Positions 10,835-20,596 of a DNA stretch of 64,000 bases are shown piece after piece. The stretch is from Porphyridium purpureum (lineage: Eukaryota). The notes under the pieces are model-generated. The model did no database searches. It was not told the DNA's origin and saw only the letters and a list, made by a program, of their open reading frames with translations. The stretch covers positions 1,240,001-1,304,000 of the forward strand of contig VRMN01000004.1 of assembly GCA_008690995.1 (NCBI GenBank), given 5' to 3'. How positions within the stretch are numbered: position 1 is the stretch's first letter; each line of letters starts with the position of its first letter. Position numbers and translations under genes: made by a program.

Positions 10835-10942
10835 GGGACCTGGAACAGCTTGACGCCTACCTCAGCGACGACTCCAGAAGGCTTGAATGCGTGAAGTAGC
10901 TTGCGGAGGCCGGCGTGCTTTGAAGGGGGACGGCATCAAAAG

Positions 10943-11695
10943 ATGCTGGGCTTTGCCTTTGGAGGCAGTGCGTCATTGATTTTTGCCGTGCGTTCTTCAC
11001 GAGCGCGACTTCCGCTGCGGAATCTTGCTCGCGACTGTGTGAGCATGGCGGCGGATCGTGCGCAACACAGTCCGGCAGCAGAACGGAACGCTTTGCCGAT
11101 TCGGAATGAGCTGCGACGGATACTCAAGCCTGCCTCGGGTTCTCGACCGGCAATCATGCTCGAGATAGCTGCTGGGACCGGACAACATGCCGTACTTTGT
11201 TCTGCCGAGCTGCCAGGCTGGGTGTGGGTTCCGACTGATCCTGACGAGACCGCAGTTGAGTCGATTGCTGCGTGGCGCGAGCTGGAAGCAGCACAGGACC
11301 GCGTGCAAATGCCTATTCAGCTGGATGTGCGACAGGATCCAGAGACGTGGCTGGCAGTAGGTGTGCCGAGCCCCGTCGATGCCTTTTTCTGCGCGAACAT
11401 GATCCATATTGCACCATGGGAGTGCTGCGTCGCTTTGTTCAAGGCTGCGAGTCATCACCTGCGAGAGCATGGGTGCCTTGTCACGTACGGTCCGTACTTG
11501 GAGGATGTATTGCACGGCATTCCAACAGCGCCAAGCAATCTTGCGTTTGACCAAAGTCTCAAGTCCAGAAATCCCGAGTGGGGCATCAGGAAACGTGAGG
11601 ATGTTGAGATGGTCGCACAGCGAGCCGGGTTGGTATTGAGCGAGCGCGTACAGATGCCGGCAAATAACTTGCTCTTGGTCTGGCGACGAGCATAG
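10943..11695 (+). CDS. DUF938 / METTL26-like SAM-dependent methyltransferase
   Basis: HSPAAERN, LEIAAGTGQH, ANMIHIAPW, YGPY, SNLAFDQSLKSRNPEWGIR, MPANN. Confidence 0.9.
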   Translation: MLGFAFGGSASLIFAVRSSRARLPLRNLARDCVSMAADRAQHSPAAERNALPIRNELRRILKPASGSRPAIMLEIAAGTGQHAVLCSAELPGWVWVPTDPDETAVESIAAWRELEAAQDRVQMPIQLDVRQDPETWLAVGVPSPVDAFFCANMIHIAPWECCVALFKAASHHLREHGCLVTYGPYLEDVLHGIPTAPSNLAFDQSLKSRNPEWGIRKREDVEMVAQRAGLVLSERVQMPANNLLLVWRRA

Positions 11696-13548
11696 TGGAA
11701 CCAGGGGCTGATCCTTAATAGAGGCATGCTTGTCTTTAGCGTATTCATAACAGCTGGAATGAACGAAAATGGTAGAGTTGTAGCACCGTGATCCAATGTA
11801 CTTTCAAAATTGATCTTCAGAGTCGAACTTGCAGGTGACAGATGATGATATAAGGCAGGCCCACTGATATCTCTGGCGCTCTTCATTGCCTGTATATCCA
11901 TCTTCTCGTCGCACACTATCACGACTTTCGTCGCACCTGACATGAGACACTCGCGCGAGCAGGCGTGGCTATGCTGTGCAGCAGGCCGAGAAGGTTACGC
12001 ATCAGAAAAGCTCCACGAAGGGATGAGATGATGGTCTGAGGAAAACCACCCAGAATTCGGCGACCGGCTCATTCGCGGGTGGTCCCGAAGCTTTTGCTTC
12101 TGAGGTGCGCAGACGAGGGAATGCTTACCGGCTCTTCTGTACGTCGTCGTGGCTTCGTTTAAGCAAATCATGAGCCGAAGCCGTTCACATGTGGCCACAG
12201 TTGTTCATGTTTGGGAAACCCCGTCAAACAAGCTTGTGTTTTGGGTCAACCAGATTTCACAAGAAAGCTTTGACAAGATTGCTTCCGTTGTGTGCGGAAA
12301 AGAAAGCAGGATTTCGTTGCGTGCGATGCAAGACGCTGAGGAATCCGAAAAAATAATTTCAGAACCTGAAACTAGGAAGAGAAGAGTTCGACGTCATGAA
12401 GACATTAGTTCTTTGTAAGAACCACGATGACAAAACTCGACACCTCCACGTATGGCACCAAAGGATGAACCATGAAGTCTTATTGTGTGCGCAGCGCATG
12501 TAGAATGTGAGAACAAGAGAGCAGCTTCTGGTTGTGCGTGACCTGCAGTATTTTGATCTGTTCAGGTGAGGTTTTAGGAACTGAATGCATGTCTGAATCG
12601 TGCCTGCCATTCGACAAGTTTGCCTGATTCGCGCACGACACGTGAAGACAGCAAGCCGGCAGAGTCGCTGCTTCACAGTAAATCTATTTGCTTTTGAGCG
12701 CGATCCCAGTTCCAATTCCCTCTCATCATGCATCGGCTACTCCAAAAGGAGCATCACATGAAAAGTAGCCTCCTCGTCACCCCATATCTCACAAGACATT
12801 TGAAAATGGCAGAAACATGTTCGTTTTTTCGAGACGCACGCAAGGCCGTGATGGGAGCGCTGCACTCTATCAACCCCGCTGCTATAGATGCGCGCCGCCC
12901 AACTTTGACAATCAAGCCGTATCTTGTTCACCGAGGAGCAGTCGACTCAGGGCCATCTGAACATGGCTGAATTGTCCAGGAGCTTCAGCCGCAGACGCAG
13001 ACACTTAGGGGACCAGAGTGTCACATCAAGCAATCCTCGGACAAGGAAACAGTCACGATGCAAGCCCTGAAAGCGTACAATTTTGTGTCCGGACCCTTGA
13101 GCACTCGAAGCAGAAATTCACAGCTTGAAAGCCGCGGGCGAGTGTCCAGGACTATTGAGTTTTTAAACATTTCACACGCTTCACGAGGATTTCAGCAGCC
13201 TGCTCTGAGAATAGAAGATTAGGATCGCGCTGTAAAACTCTCTGCTTGACGACTGCATGTCGACGCGCCCGTTCCACTGGCCGAATCTTTGCTATGGCGC
13301 TGAGCAAACTGCGCCGCGGGTTAAACTCGTGCCCCTCAGCTTCCCCGCCATCGCCCAGCCCACTGCCATCGGCGTCTTTCCGCGGCTGCTGCTCGCGTGC
13401 TTCGGAACCGGTGCCACCGTCGCCATGCAAACTGGCAAGTCCTGGCAGAACCACCACTTCGACCTGTTTCACGGCGTCAGTTATCGCCGCTCCCAAAAAC
13501 TCGGCTCGCGCCTGACCATACAATGCCATGTTCCAAGTCGAACGGGTC

Positions 13549-13850
13549 AAAAAAAAGCTAGCCGCGCCTGGCTAGAAATCTTCGCGCCAGCGTGGGCCGC
13601 CACCAGGGGCCGTTCGTCGTGTACCGTCTGCCTCACCCGCGGCTCTTCCTGTCGCCCTCCCTGCTCCCGTGCAATAAACCGCCTTCTCATTCGGTTTATC
13701 AGTCTGCGGTTCACTTCCTATCGGTTTAGCAGCGGTACAGCGGAATGCCGGCAACGGCTTTGAGATATTCGGCGCGGTGTTGTATGAAAACAGGGTGAAT
13801 TTTGTGATAATCTCGAAACCCCGCCTGGCGCGGAGCTCTGAGCTCGCCTC
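13549..13850 (-). ncRNA. Candidate structured Pol III non-coding RNA of unknown class
   Basis: Nested complementary segments, terminal 6-bp hairpin directly followed by T8 on the minus strand, upstream TGTATATC motif shared with the tRNA gene; 5' boundary estimated. Confidence 0.5.
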
Positions 13851-13868
13851 ATTTTCCGAGCGTGTTTT

Positions 13869-13876
13869 GATATACA
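13869..13876 (-). promoter_or_regulatory. TATA-like TGTATATC element upstream of candidate ncRNA
   Basis: GATATACA on the + strand; identical 8-mer lies upstream of the tRNA-Arg gene. Confidence 0.4.
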
Positions 13877-14041
13877 AGTTGAGTGAGGTACAGTGGGCAA
13901 GCGGCACGGCTCGCGGCGACGGGTCGGTGGGACCGCCAGACAAGGAGGGAGCTCGGACCGGCGTGGATAGGAGAAGGGGCATCGACGCGTGGGCGCTTTG
14001 TCGGACAAAGGGAGGCAGGGAGAAAGGCGGGGAGAGCGAGG

Positions 14042-15295
14042 ATGGAGGCGTTTGTAGGAAGTGCGGTGCCGGTGCGGCGCGCGGAGGGATATGGCGTGGC
14101 GACGCGCGCCGCGGTGTGCGGAAGCAGGGCGACGGGCTGGGCGCGATCGACGGTTGAGCGTTCGCGCCTCGCAGGGAGCAAGGCGATGGTGAGTGTGAGG
14201 AACGCAGTGCGAATGAACGTGACGTTCAGCCCGAATCAGAAGGACGTGGTGGTTATCACTGGCGCGTCGTCTGGGCTGGGCATGGCGGCGGCCAAGGAGC
14301 TGGCTTCAACAGGCGACTGGTTGGTTGTGCTTGCTGTGCGCTCCTTTAGCAAGGCCGAGAAGGCATTGCGCGAGGCTAATTTGAACCCGAAAAACTACCG
14401 CATCTTGCCCCTGGACCTGGCGTCACTCACATCCGTGCGCCAGTTCAGCGAGTCTCTCAAGACAATGCTCGCGAAGGAAAAGCTTGACTTGAACGCGATT
14501 GTTTGCAATGCCGCCACGTGGCATCCCAAGGACAAGAAGCCGCGCTACACGGCCGATGGATTTGAAGAGCACGTGGGCACCAACCATTTGGGCCACTTTT
14601 TGCTGGCCCACTTGCTCGCAGACGATCTGCGCAAGAGTGCGCGCACGGGGCTCGCCCCGCGCCTGGTGTTTTTGGGCACGGAGACGCATAACCCGGACTC
14701 GATTGCCGGAAAGGTGCCACCGCAAGCTGATCTGGGCCGTCTGGCCGGCTTGGAGAAGGGGCTCTGCGGTGAGAACGCCATGATCGATGGCAAGAAGTTT
14801 GAGCCGACCAAAGCGTACAAGGACAGCAAGGTGTGCAACGCAATCACGATGAAGCAGATGTCTGACCGATACGGCCCGCGCGGCGTGGTGGTGTCGGCCA
14901 TGTTCCCAGGCTGTGTGGCTTCGAGCGGCCTGTTCCGCGAGAAGCGCGGCTGGTTCAACTCATTTTTCCCCTGGTTCCAGAAGAACATCACCAAGCAGTA
15001 CGTGTCCGTGGAAGAGGCTGGGCATCGGCTGGCGGCAGTGGTCGCGAACCCGCTTTACAGCACGACCGGCGCGTACTGGAAGTGGAACAGCCTCAAGCTG
15101 GGAGACGGCACCATGGACCCTGTCGGCACGAACATTGCAATTTCGCAGCAGGCGCGTGACGAAGAGCTCGCGAACCGCCTTTATGAACTGAGCTGCGAAA
15201 TGGTGGGAATATCGCCGATTTCCAAGAGCCGGGCATATCCGGAGCCCAAGTCTGACATTGAGCGCTTGGTGTCGTCCGCGAACCAGTCGCGTTAG
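14042..15295 (+). CDS. POR: Light-dependent protochlorophyllide oxidoreductase (SDR family), plastid-targeted
   Basis: Transit peptide MEAFVGSA; ITGASSGLG; GTNHLGHFLL; AYKDSKVCN; PGCVA..GLFRE; FPWFQKNIT. Confidence 0.9.
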   Translation: MEAFVGSAVPVRRAEGYGVATRAAVCGSRATGWARSTVERSRLAGSKAMVSVRNAVRMNVTFSPNQKDVVVITGASSGLGMAAAKELASTGDWLVVLAVRSFSKAEKALREANLNPKNYRILPLDLASLTSVRQFSESLKTMLAKEKLDLNAIVCNAATWHPKDKKPRYTADGFEEHVGTNHLGHFLLAHLLADDLRKSARTGLAPRLVFLGTETHNPDSIAGKVPPQADLGRLAGLEKGLCGENAMIDGKKFEPTKAYKDSKVCNAITMKQMSDRYGPRGVVVSAMFPGCVASSGLFREKRGWFNSFFPWFQKNITKQYVSVEEAGHRLAAVVANPLYSTTGAYWKWNSLKLGDGTMDPVGTNIAISQQARDEELANRLYELSCEMVGISPISKSRAYPEPKSDIERLVSSANQSR

Positions 15296-15793
15296 TGACG
15301 TTCTGGAGTGAGCATTTCATGGTAGGCGGTACGGCCGTAGGGCGGTGTGTTAAGCAAGTGGATAGGGAACAAGGCAATCGCGAAAGTCGGTCGTGATGGG
15401 TGCAAAGGATATGTTGGTTCGTATGAATGTAAATGTTGATGTTGTCGTCATTGTGCGGGTCGCCGCCCGTGCGTTGGTCTGTGCGTTGGTCTGTGCGTCG
15501 CGGCCGGTACAGCCCAGTGCTGAAGTGTCGTTGCGTTGCCGCAGTACGCACGACCAACGAGCTCCGGGCGGCTTGGTGTTTTGGGCCTGTTTTACGAGAA
15601 CGTGAGCGAGCACGGTGGCGCGAGCGCACGCACGCACCGCGCTGGGCGGGCCGCTCGCACGTGGAATCGAATAAGAAAATCCGCGCGCCAGCGGGGAAGA
15701 TCGGCGCAGGGCAAGAGGCGCGGCAGTGGTCTTCGTGGGCGTGTCGCCAGGAGTCACGAGGCGGGGCAGGCGCGACGCACTGGGAACAGAGCC

Positions 15794-16609
15794 ATGGGAT
15801 GGGCAGGTGCGCTGAGTGCGCTGCGTGAGCCAATCACGCGCACGTTTGGCGAGCTGCGGTGGGAGTCAGCGCCGCTGGCCAGTCCGCATACGCCAGTGCT
15901 GGGCGTCGTGCTCTACTTGGGCGTTATTTTCGGGCTGCAGCGTATCATGCGCGACCGCGCGCCGTTCAAGTTACGCTACGCCACCGTTGTCCATAACGCG
16001 TTCCTGTGTGCGCTCTCTGCGGCCATGTGCATTGGCACGCTGCTCGCGCTGGCCTTCCGTGTCGCTAGCCTGGACGATGGGTTCATGTGCATTGTGTGTG
16101 ATAGGCAGGAGCACGCGATGACAGGTGACTTGCTGTGGTGGATGTACATATTTTACGCGAGCAAGTATTACGAGGTGCTCGACACGGTCATCATGGTCCT
16201 GAAGAAGAAACCGCTCAACTTTCTGCACGTGTATCATCATGCCGTTGTCATGTGCCTGTTCTGGGCGTACATGCAGTCAAACATGGTGATCCATTGGATT
16301 CTGATTGTGGCAAATTCCTTTGTCCATGTCCTCATGTACTATTACTATGGCATGAGCGCCATGTACCCGGGCATCAAGATTTGGTGGAAAAAGTATATCA
16401 CCATGATCCAAATCGTGCAATTCGTCGTCGACTTGACCTCGACATGGCCATTTCCGTTTCTGTACTTTTCCTCGCTCGGCTGCAGGGGCAGCATGCGCGG
16501 GTGGGTGTTTGGACAGCTTGTCGGCATGTCGTTTTTCAAACTGTTTTCAGACCTGTATCGCAAGAATTACAAGGGTGATTCCGCCAGCAAGCAAAAGCAA
16601 CTATCGTAA
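15794..16609 (+). CDS. ELO/GNS1 very-long-chain fatty acid elongase
   Basis: FYASKYYEVLDT, FLHVYHH His box, NSFVHVLMYYYY, WWKKYIT.IQIVQF, basic C-terminus. Confidence 0.95.
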   Translation: MGWAGALSALREPITRTFGELRWESAPLASPHTPVLGVVLYLGVIFGLQRIMRDRAPFKLRYATVVHNAFLCALSAAMCIGTLLALAFRVASLDDGFMCIVCDRQEHAMTGDLLWWMYIFYASKYYEVLDTVIMVLKKKPLNFLHVYHHAVVMCLFWAYMQSNMVIHWILIVANSFVHVLMYYYYGMSAMYPGIKIWWKKYITMIQIVQFVVDLTSTWPFPFLYFSSLGCRGSMRGWVFGQLVGMSFFKLFSDLYRKNYKGDSASKQKQLS

Positions 16610-16730
16610 GCAGACCTGGCGGGCTCTCTCTGCCTTCGCGCTCGCGTACTGATAAGGATACCGTAGAAATGATGGGTTAGCTACGTTAAGTTCATCACTA
16701 CATGCCAATTTCCCTTCGTCACTTGCGTTT

Positions 16731-18689
16731 CTAGCCCCAATGCCACACATCCTTTCTGTAGCGGCCGGCCTTTTCCCATTCCTTTAGCAAGACACGTGCG
16801 CTCGCAAGATCATTCTGCGTGTGCGGAGCCAAAATCTCACAAAGAGCATCTTCAACACCGCGAACCATTGCTCCACCGTCTCCGCACAAATACAAACGAC
16901 ATTCGCCTGGTGCAAGCAGCCGCGCTAGAACCTGCTCCCGCTCTTCCAAAAGTCGGTGCTGCACGTACGTTTTCACACCATCCGCAGAATCCCGCGAAAA
17001 GGCTACGGTGAGGCGAGTCAGTACTCCGCTGTCCACAAATTCTGCCAGTTCGGTGTCGTACAGAAAATCCTTGTCCTTATGGCGGCACCCGAAAAATAGC
17101 CATGCGTCGCCGCGCACACCCGCAGACTGCCCGTTTTTCAATGCAAGCGCGTCAATCTGGGCCTGTCTCTCGCGCAAGAAGCCCCGGAAAGGAGCAATGC
17201 CAGTTCCTGGTCCAATCATGATCATAGGTGTCGCCAGATCCGCCGGCGGACGAAAGTGATCCTTCTGCCCCAACACGATGCGAAGTGGTCCAAGTTCAGC
17301 CCCGGCCCCGGCCTCCACACTGCTGCACATATCTTCCAGCATTCCAGTCACAAGACCACGTTGTCCATCCGGAAAAAGCACAGTTGAAAATGCAAAATGA
17401 AATCGTGTGGGGTCCGCTTTGGGTGATGACGCGGCCGAATAGTATCGCGGCGCGAGCGCTGGAAGTTGATCCAGGAGCAATTCTGCCGAGGGGAGGCACG
17501 AGGGGAATGAGTCAAGGACGCTCAATATACCCCACCCGCCGGGCGCCATAATTCGTTTGCGGTAATCCTCGCGGCCCTCCTTACTGGCTAGCCATTGCAT
17601 TGCGCGCTTGTCGGCCACATCCGAGCAAAACTGCGCCAAGGCAACCAGAAGAGTCTTTTTCGGGGCGTCGGCCAAGCTCACAAGGTCCCGAAAGCACGTG
17701 CGAAGCGAAACATTGCGTACAATGTCTTGGCGGCCCCCATCACGGGCAACAAGCTTCACTGCGGTCGTATCGACCTCCTCGAGGCTGAGGCCGACCGGAA
17801 GCGCAACACGCTTAAGCAACTGGTCCACATGCTCGTCACGATTTTGCGGCACCACTCCCACCGTATCACCCGGGCGATACGAAAACTGAATCTCCGAGCA
17901 GTCGAGTTCGGCGTGCCACACGCGACGGTCCACCAGATCCACCGCTGTGAGTCGTCGAGCTGCGCTTATCGAAACGTTGAACACCGTCATGTCACGCACA
18001 GCTGCGGACGCGCACCATGTCTTGTGATGTCCCGTGCCTTCCTGAGCTGGGTCACCAGAATCGACGCTAAGCTGCACTCGCAGCTCCAGGGGATGTGGCA
18101 GCTCCAGTGTGTCTCCGTTCTCATGAGCACCAGTTTCTTTCGGAATTATCTTTTCGGAGCCGTTTTCTTTGGCAGGTGCAGGGACGCCCTTGCTGTTGGA
18201 GCAGGCTTGGAGCAACTTGTCCCAGAGGCCATCGATCCATGGCTCGACCACCTCCTCAAGTCCGGTTCCATCGTCAGCCTCCCCGCGCAAATAGACATTT
18301 TCGGCGCCGGCTTGCAGCAATGCCTTATCAATTCTACGCGCCGAGTTGCAGAAGTTCTCAAAATTGGTGTCGCCCAGGCCCAGAATGCAGTACCGCAGTC
18401 CCTGCATGAACTTCTTTGGCTTGGCCTTATCCCTCAAGTACCTCAGCACCTTTGTGCCATTTGCCGGCACATCACCATCCCCGGTAGTCGACGCCACCAG
18501 CACGCACACCTTGCCCGCAAACTCTGTTCCGCTCGCCGTCGGCGACAGCGGCCAGCCAGCGTCAACAAACTGATTCAACTCGACCAGCAGCCCGGCTTCC
18601 AGTCCATGGTCGCTCAGCTCTGCATGAATGCGCCGCGCGATTTCCTCTGCATTCCCAGTCGCAGACGCGTACAGCACGTCCACTCCCAT
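16731..18689 (-). CDS. MTRR: Methionine synthase reductase-like diflavin (FMN/FAD/NADPH) reductase
   Basis: YASATGNAEEIA, STTGDGD, LGLGDTN, ADDGTGLEEVVEPW, PRYYS, MIGPGTGIAPFRGF, LFFGCR, YVQ, YLCGD, DVW. Confidence 0.85.
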   Translation of the reverse strand: MGVDVLYASATGNAEEIARRIHAELSDHGLEAGLLVELNQFVDAGWPLSPTASGTEFAGKVCVLVASTTGDGDVPANGTKVLRYLRDKAKPKKFMQGLRYCILGLGDTNFENFCNSARRIDKALLQAGAENVYLRGEADDGTGLEEVVEPWIDGLWDKLLQACSNSKGVPAPAKENGSEKIIPKETGAHENGDTLELPHPLELRVQLSVDSGDPAQEGTGHHKTWCASAAVRDMTVFNVSISAARRLTAVDLVDRRVWHAELDCSEIQFSYRPGDTVGVVPQNRDEHVDQLLKRVALPVGLSLEEVDTTAVKLVARDGGRQDIVRNVSLRTCFRDLVSLADAPKKTLLVALAQFCSDVADKRAMQWLASKEGREDYRKRIMAPGGWGILSVLDSFPSCLPSAELLLDQLPALAPRYYSAASSPKADPTRFHFAFSTVLFPDGQRGLVTGMLEDMCSSVEAGAGAELGPLRIVLGQKDHFRPPADLATPMIMIGPGTGIAPFRGFLRERQAQIDALALKNGQSAGVRGDAWLFFGCRHKDKDFLYDTELAEFVDSGVLTRLTVAFSRDSADGVKTYVQHRLLEEREQVLARLLAPGECRLYLCGDGGAMVRGVEDALCEILAPHTQNDLASARVLLKEWEKAGRYRKDVWHWG

Positions 18690-19055
18690 CGTCCTCCGTT
18701 GCCACCACTGCCGCGTCTCGCTGTGTGTTTCTCACTCTGTCCCTTTCCCTCCCTCTCTCGCCCGTACACTGTCCTTAGCACATGCGAGTTTTCTCTCTCT
18801 TTTCTCTCCACGCGAGTCGCCGCTGGACACGCCGGGACACACGACAGCTGTACACCCACCTTTTCTCGCACTGTACTTTCCTTGATAGAGGTACACTTTC
18901 GTTTGGACTAGGTGTACCCACCGCTTCGAACCGAAACGGTGGCGCGCCGCACAGTTATAGACGCAGAGCGGGGACGAGCTTGGCCTGTGGGAGAGGGATG
19001 CGATGGCTGGGGTGTGTGTAAGTTTATTGGAGTGACGAGTGGACTGACGGGCAGC

Positions 19056-20354
19056 ATGGAGTACGGGCGTGGACATGTGGAGCGCCACAGAAGCGCGGTA
19101 GACTCGGGTGCGTCGCCGAGTGGTGCGTCTGGTGTGCGTCTGGCATCGTGTTCACAAGGTGGTGGCGTTTTCGCAGCGCAGCGAGGCGAGCAGCATGTGT
19201 CAAATGCGGGGTTTCCAGCGGTCTTGGAACGCGAAGAAGAGTGTCATAGGACGCTGGTATCTCACACGGACGCGGATGACGTGCCGCATTGGCAACGCAC
19301 GGTCGCGCAACGGAATCCGTTTTCTGATCGACTAGAACGATGGGAGTCGCATGCGAGAAGACTGCGCCACGCTGCAGACCCCTCAGCGCTCGAGCAGCAG
19401 CAAGCATACAAAAAGAGGCGTAAAGTTGACTTTGAATGTGCTTCTTCGTGTGACGACTTTCTTATTTATGAATGGGAGCAGGATTGGTCTCCGAAGCCGT
19501 GCCTGGACGGAGAAGACGACGACACAGAGGCACCGCTGCCGCGCCATGTAGACAAGGGAAAGTGTGCTGCTGCCACTTTCAATCCCTTGAACACAGCACC
19601 GAGTGATGGAAGGGGTGCGCAGGTCCTTTGCCCGAGGGCTTCGCTTTCGGGGAAGGATCCTGAGCTTATGACGCCTGTTTCGCAAGATGAGCTTCCTCCA
19701 GAGTTTCCGTCTGACTTGCTCGTGGTTCTCGAAAAGCTCGTGGACTTTGCGAGGGATAAGCACGCCCGTAGCTATCGGCCTGAGATGATGGGGTTTCTTG
19801 CACAAAGAGCGTTGATGTATGCGTCGTTACTGCTGAGACTGAGATCGAGCACAAGCTTGGAACCAATGGACTCGACCACTGATGAGCTATCAGAGGTCCA
19901 GACGTTGAAAAAATACAAGCATTATTCAAAAAGAATTAAGCATGGGCACATCGTCCTGCCCGACCGGACAACGCTTGAATGTATTATTCTACGAGTCTAC
20001 GAAGAATCAGGGAAAGTACCTTACGCGAACTGTGCATGGGCAGTCGGAACATCATGCCCTAGCTCATGGACGCGCACGCGCGTCAAGGATGCTCGAAGGG
20101 CAGCGGCCGAAGACAGAGCACGCCGAACTATTCAAGATTCCGAAAGCACGTCTGCGTCTGAAGCAGACACAGCACCCGTGCTCGATACCAACGCCTTCGC
20201 TCTGCCAAACAAGCCGATCGATGAGTCGAATGCTGGTCATGCGCTCTTAGTGGCAATGGGATGGACTGCCGGTACGGGTCTAGGCAAAACCGGTGAGGGC
20301 ATTGTGGACCCCGTGCTCATCAAATACCGCCCGAGTCGGAAGGGGCTCGGCTAG
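19056..20354 (+). CDS. G-patch domain protein
   Basis: C-terminal IDESNAGHALLVAMGWTAGTGLGKTGEGIVDPV...RKGLG. Confidence 0.8.
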   Translation: MEYGRGHVERHRSAVDSGASPSGASGVRLASCSQGGGVFAAQRGEQHVSNAGFPAVLEREEECHRTLVSHTDADDVPHWQRTVAQRNPFSDRLERWESHARRLRHAADPSALEQQQAYKKRRKVDFECASSCDDFLIYEWEQDWSPKPCLDGEDDDTEAPLPRHVDKGKCAAATFNPLNTAPSDGRGAQVLCPRASLSGKDPELMTPVSQDELPPEFPSDLLVVLEKLVDFARDKHARSYRPEMMGFLAQRALMYASLLLRLRSSTSLEPMDSTTDELSEVQTLKKYKHYSKRIKHGHIVLPDRTTLECIILRVYEESGKVPYANCAWAVGTSCPSSWTRTRVKDARRAAAEDRARRTIQDSESTSASEADTAPVLDTNAFALPNKPIDESNAGHALLVAMGWTAGTGLGKTGEGIVDPVLIKYRPSRKGLG

Positions 20355-20596
20355 ATTCGGCTTTGGCTTGTAGCCTGTTCTTCAAGGGATGTTCTGAATT
20401 TCTGATGGAGCGCGAGCTGTGGTGCGGACTCAGCCCCATTTTGTTCCTGTGACGTATATTTCTCAAGATGTTCTGGTCCGTACGGCTGCAAGATTTTTGC
20501 GTATCCCAAGCTAGTCCCGAGTAAATCGTTCCCTGTTTTCTGCGCCAGTGCGTCAGGAACAGGATGTCCTCCAAGACATAAAATAAACATTGAATT

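Noticed and set aside
13668..13706. U4 snRNA-like words AATGAG...GGCG...TTATTGC on the minus strand
   Set aside because: No intact kink-turn stem and no U6-pairing segments
13672..13850. U5 snRNA on the + strand (apical loop CGCCTTCTCA, Sm-like AATTTTGTG at 13798-13806, 3' hairpin)
   Set aside because: Loop differs from the near-invariant GCCUUUUAC, and promoter and terminator signals point to the minus strand; not fully excluded without cmscan
17595..18911. 438-aa + strand ORF and many similar long ORFs (e.g. 35394-36212, 57525-58514, 475-1389)
   Set aside because: Antisense or alternative-frame shadows expected in GC-rich DNA; no recognisable motifs
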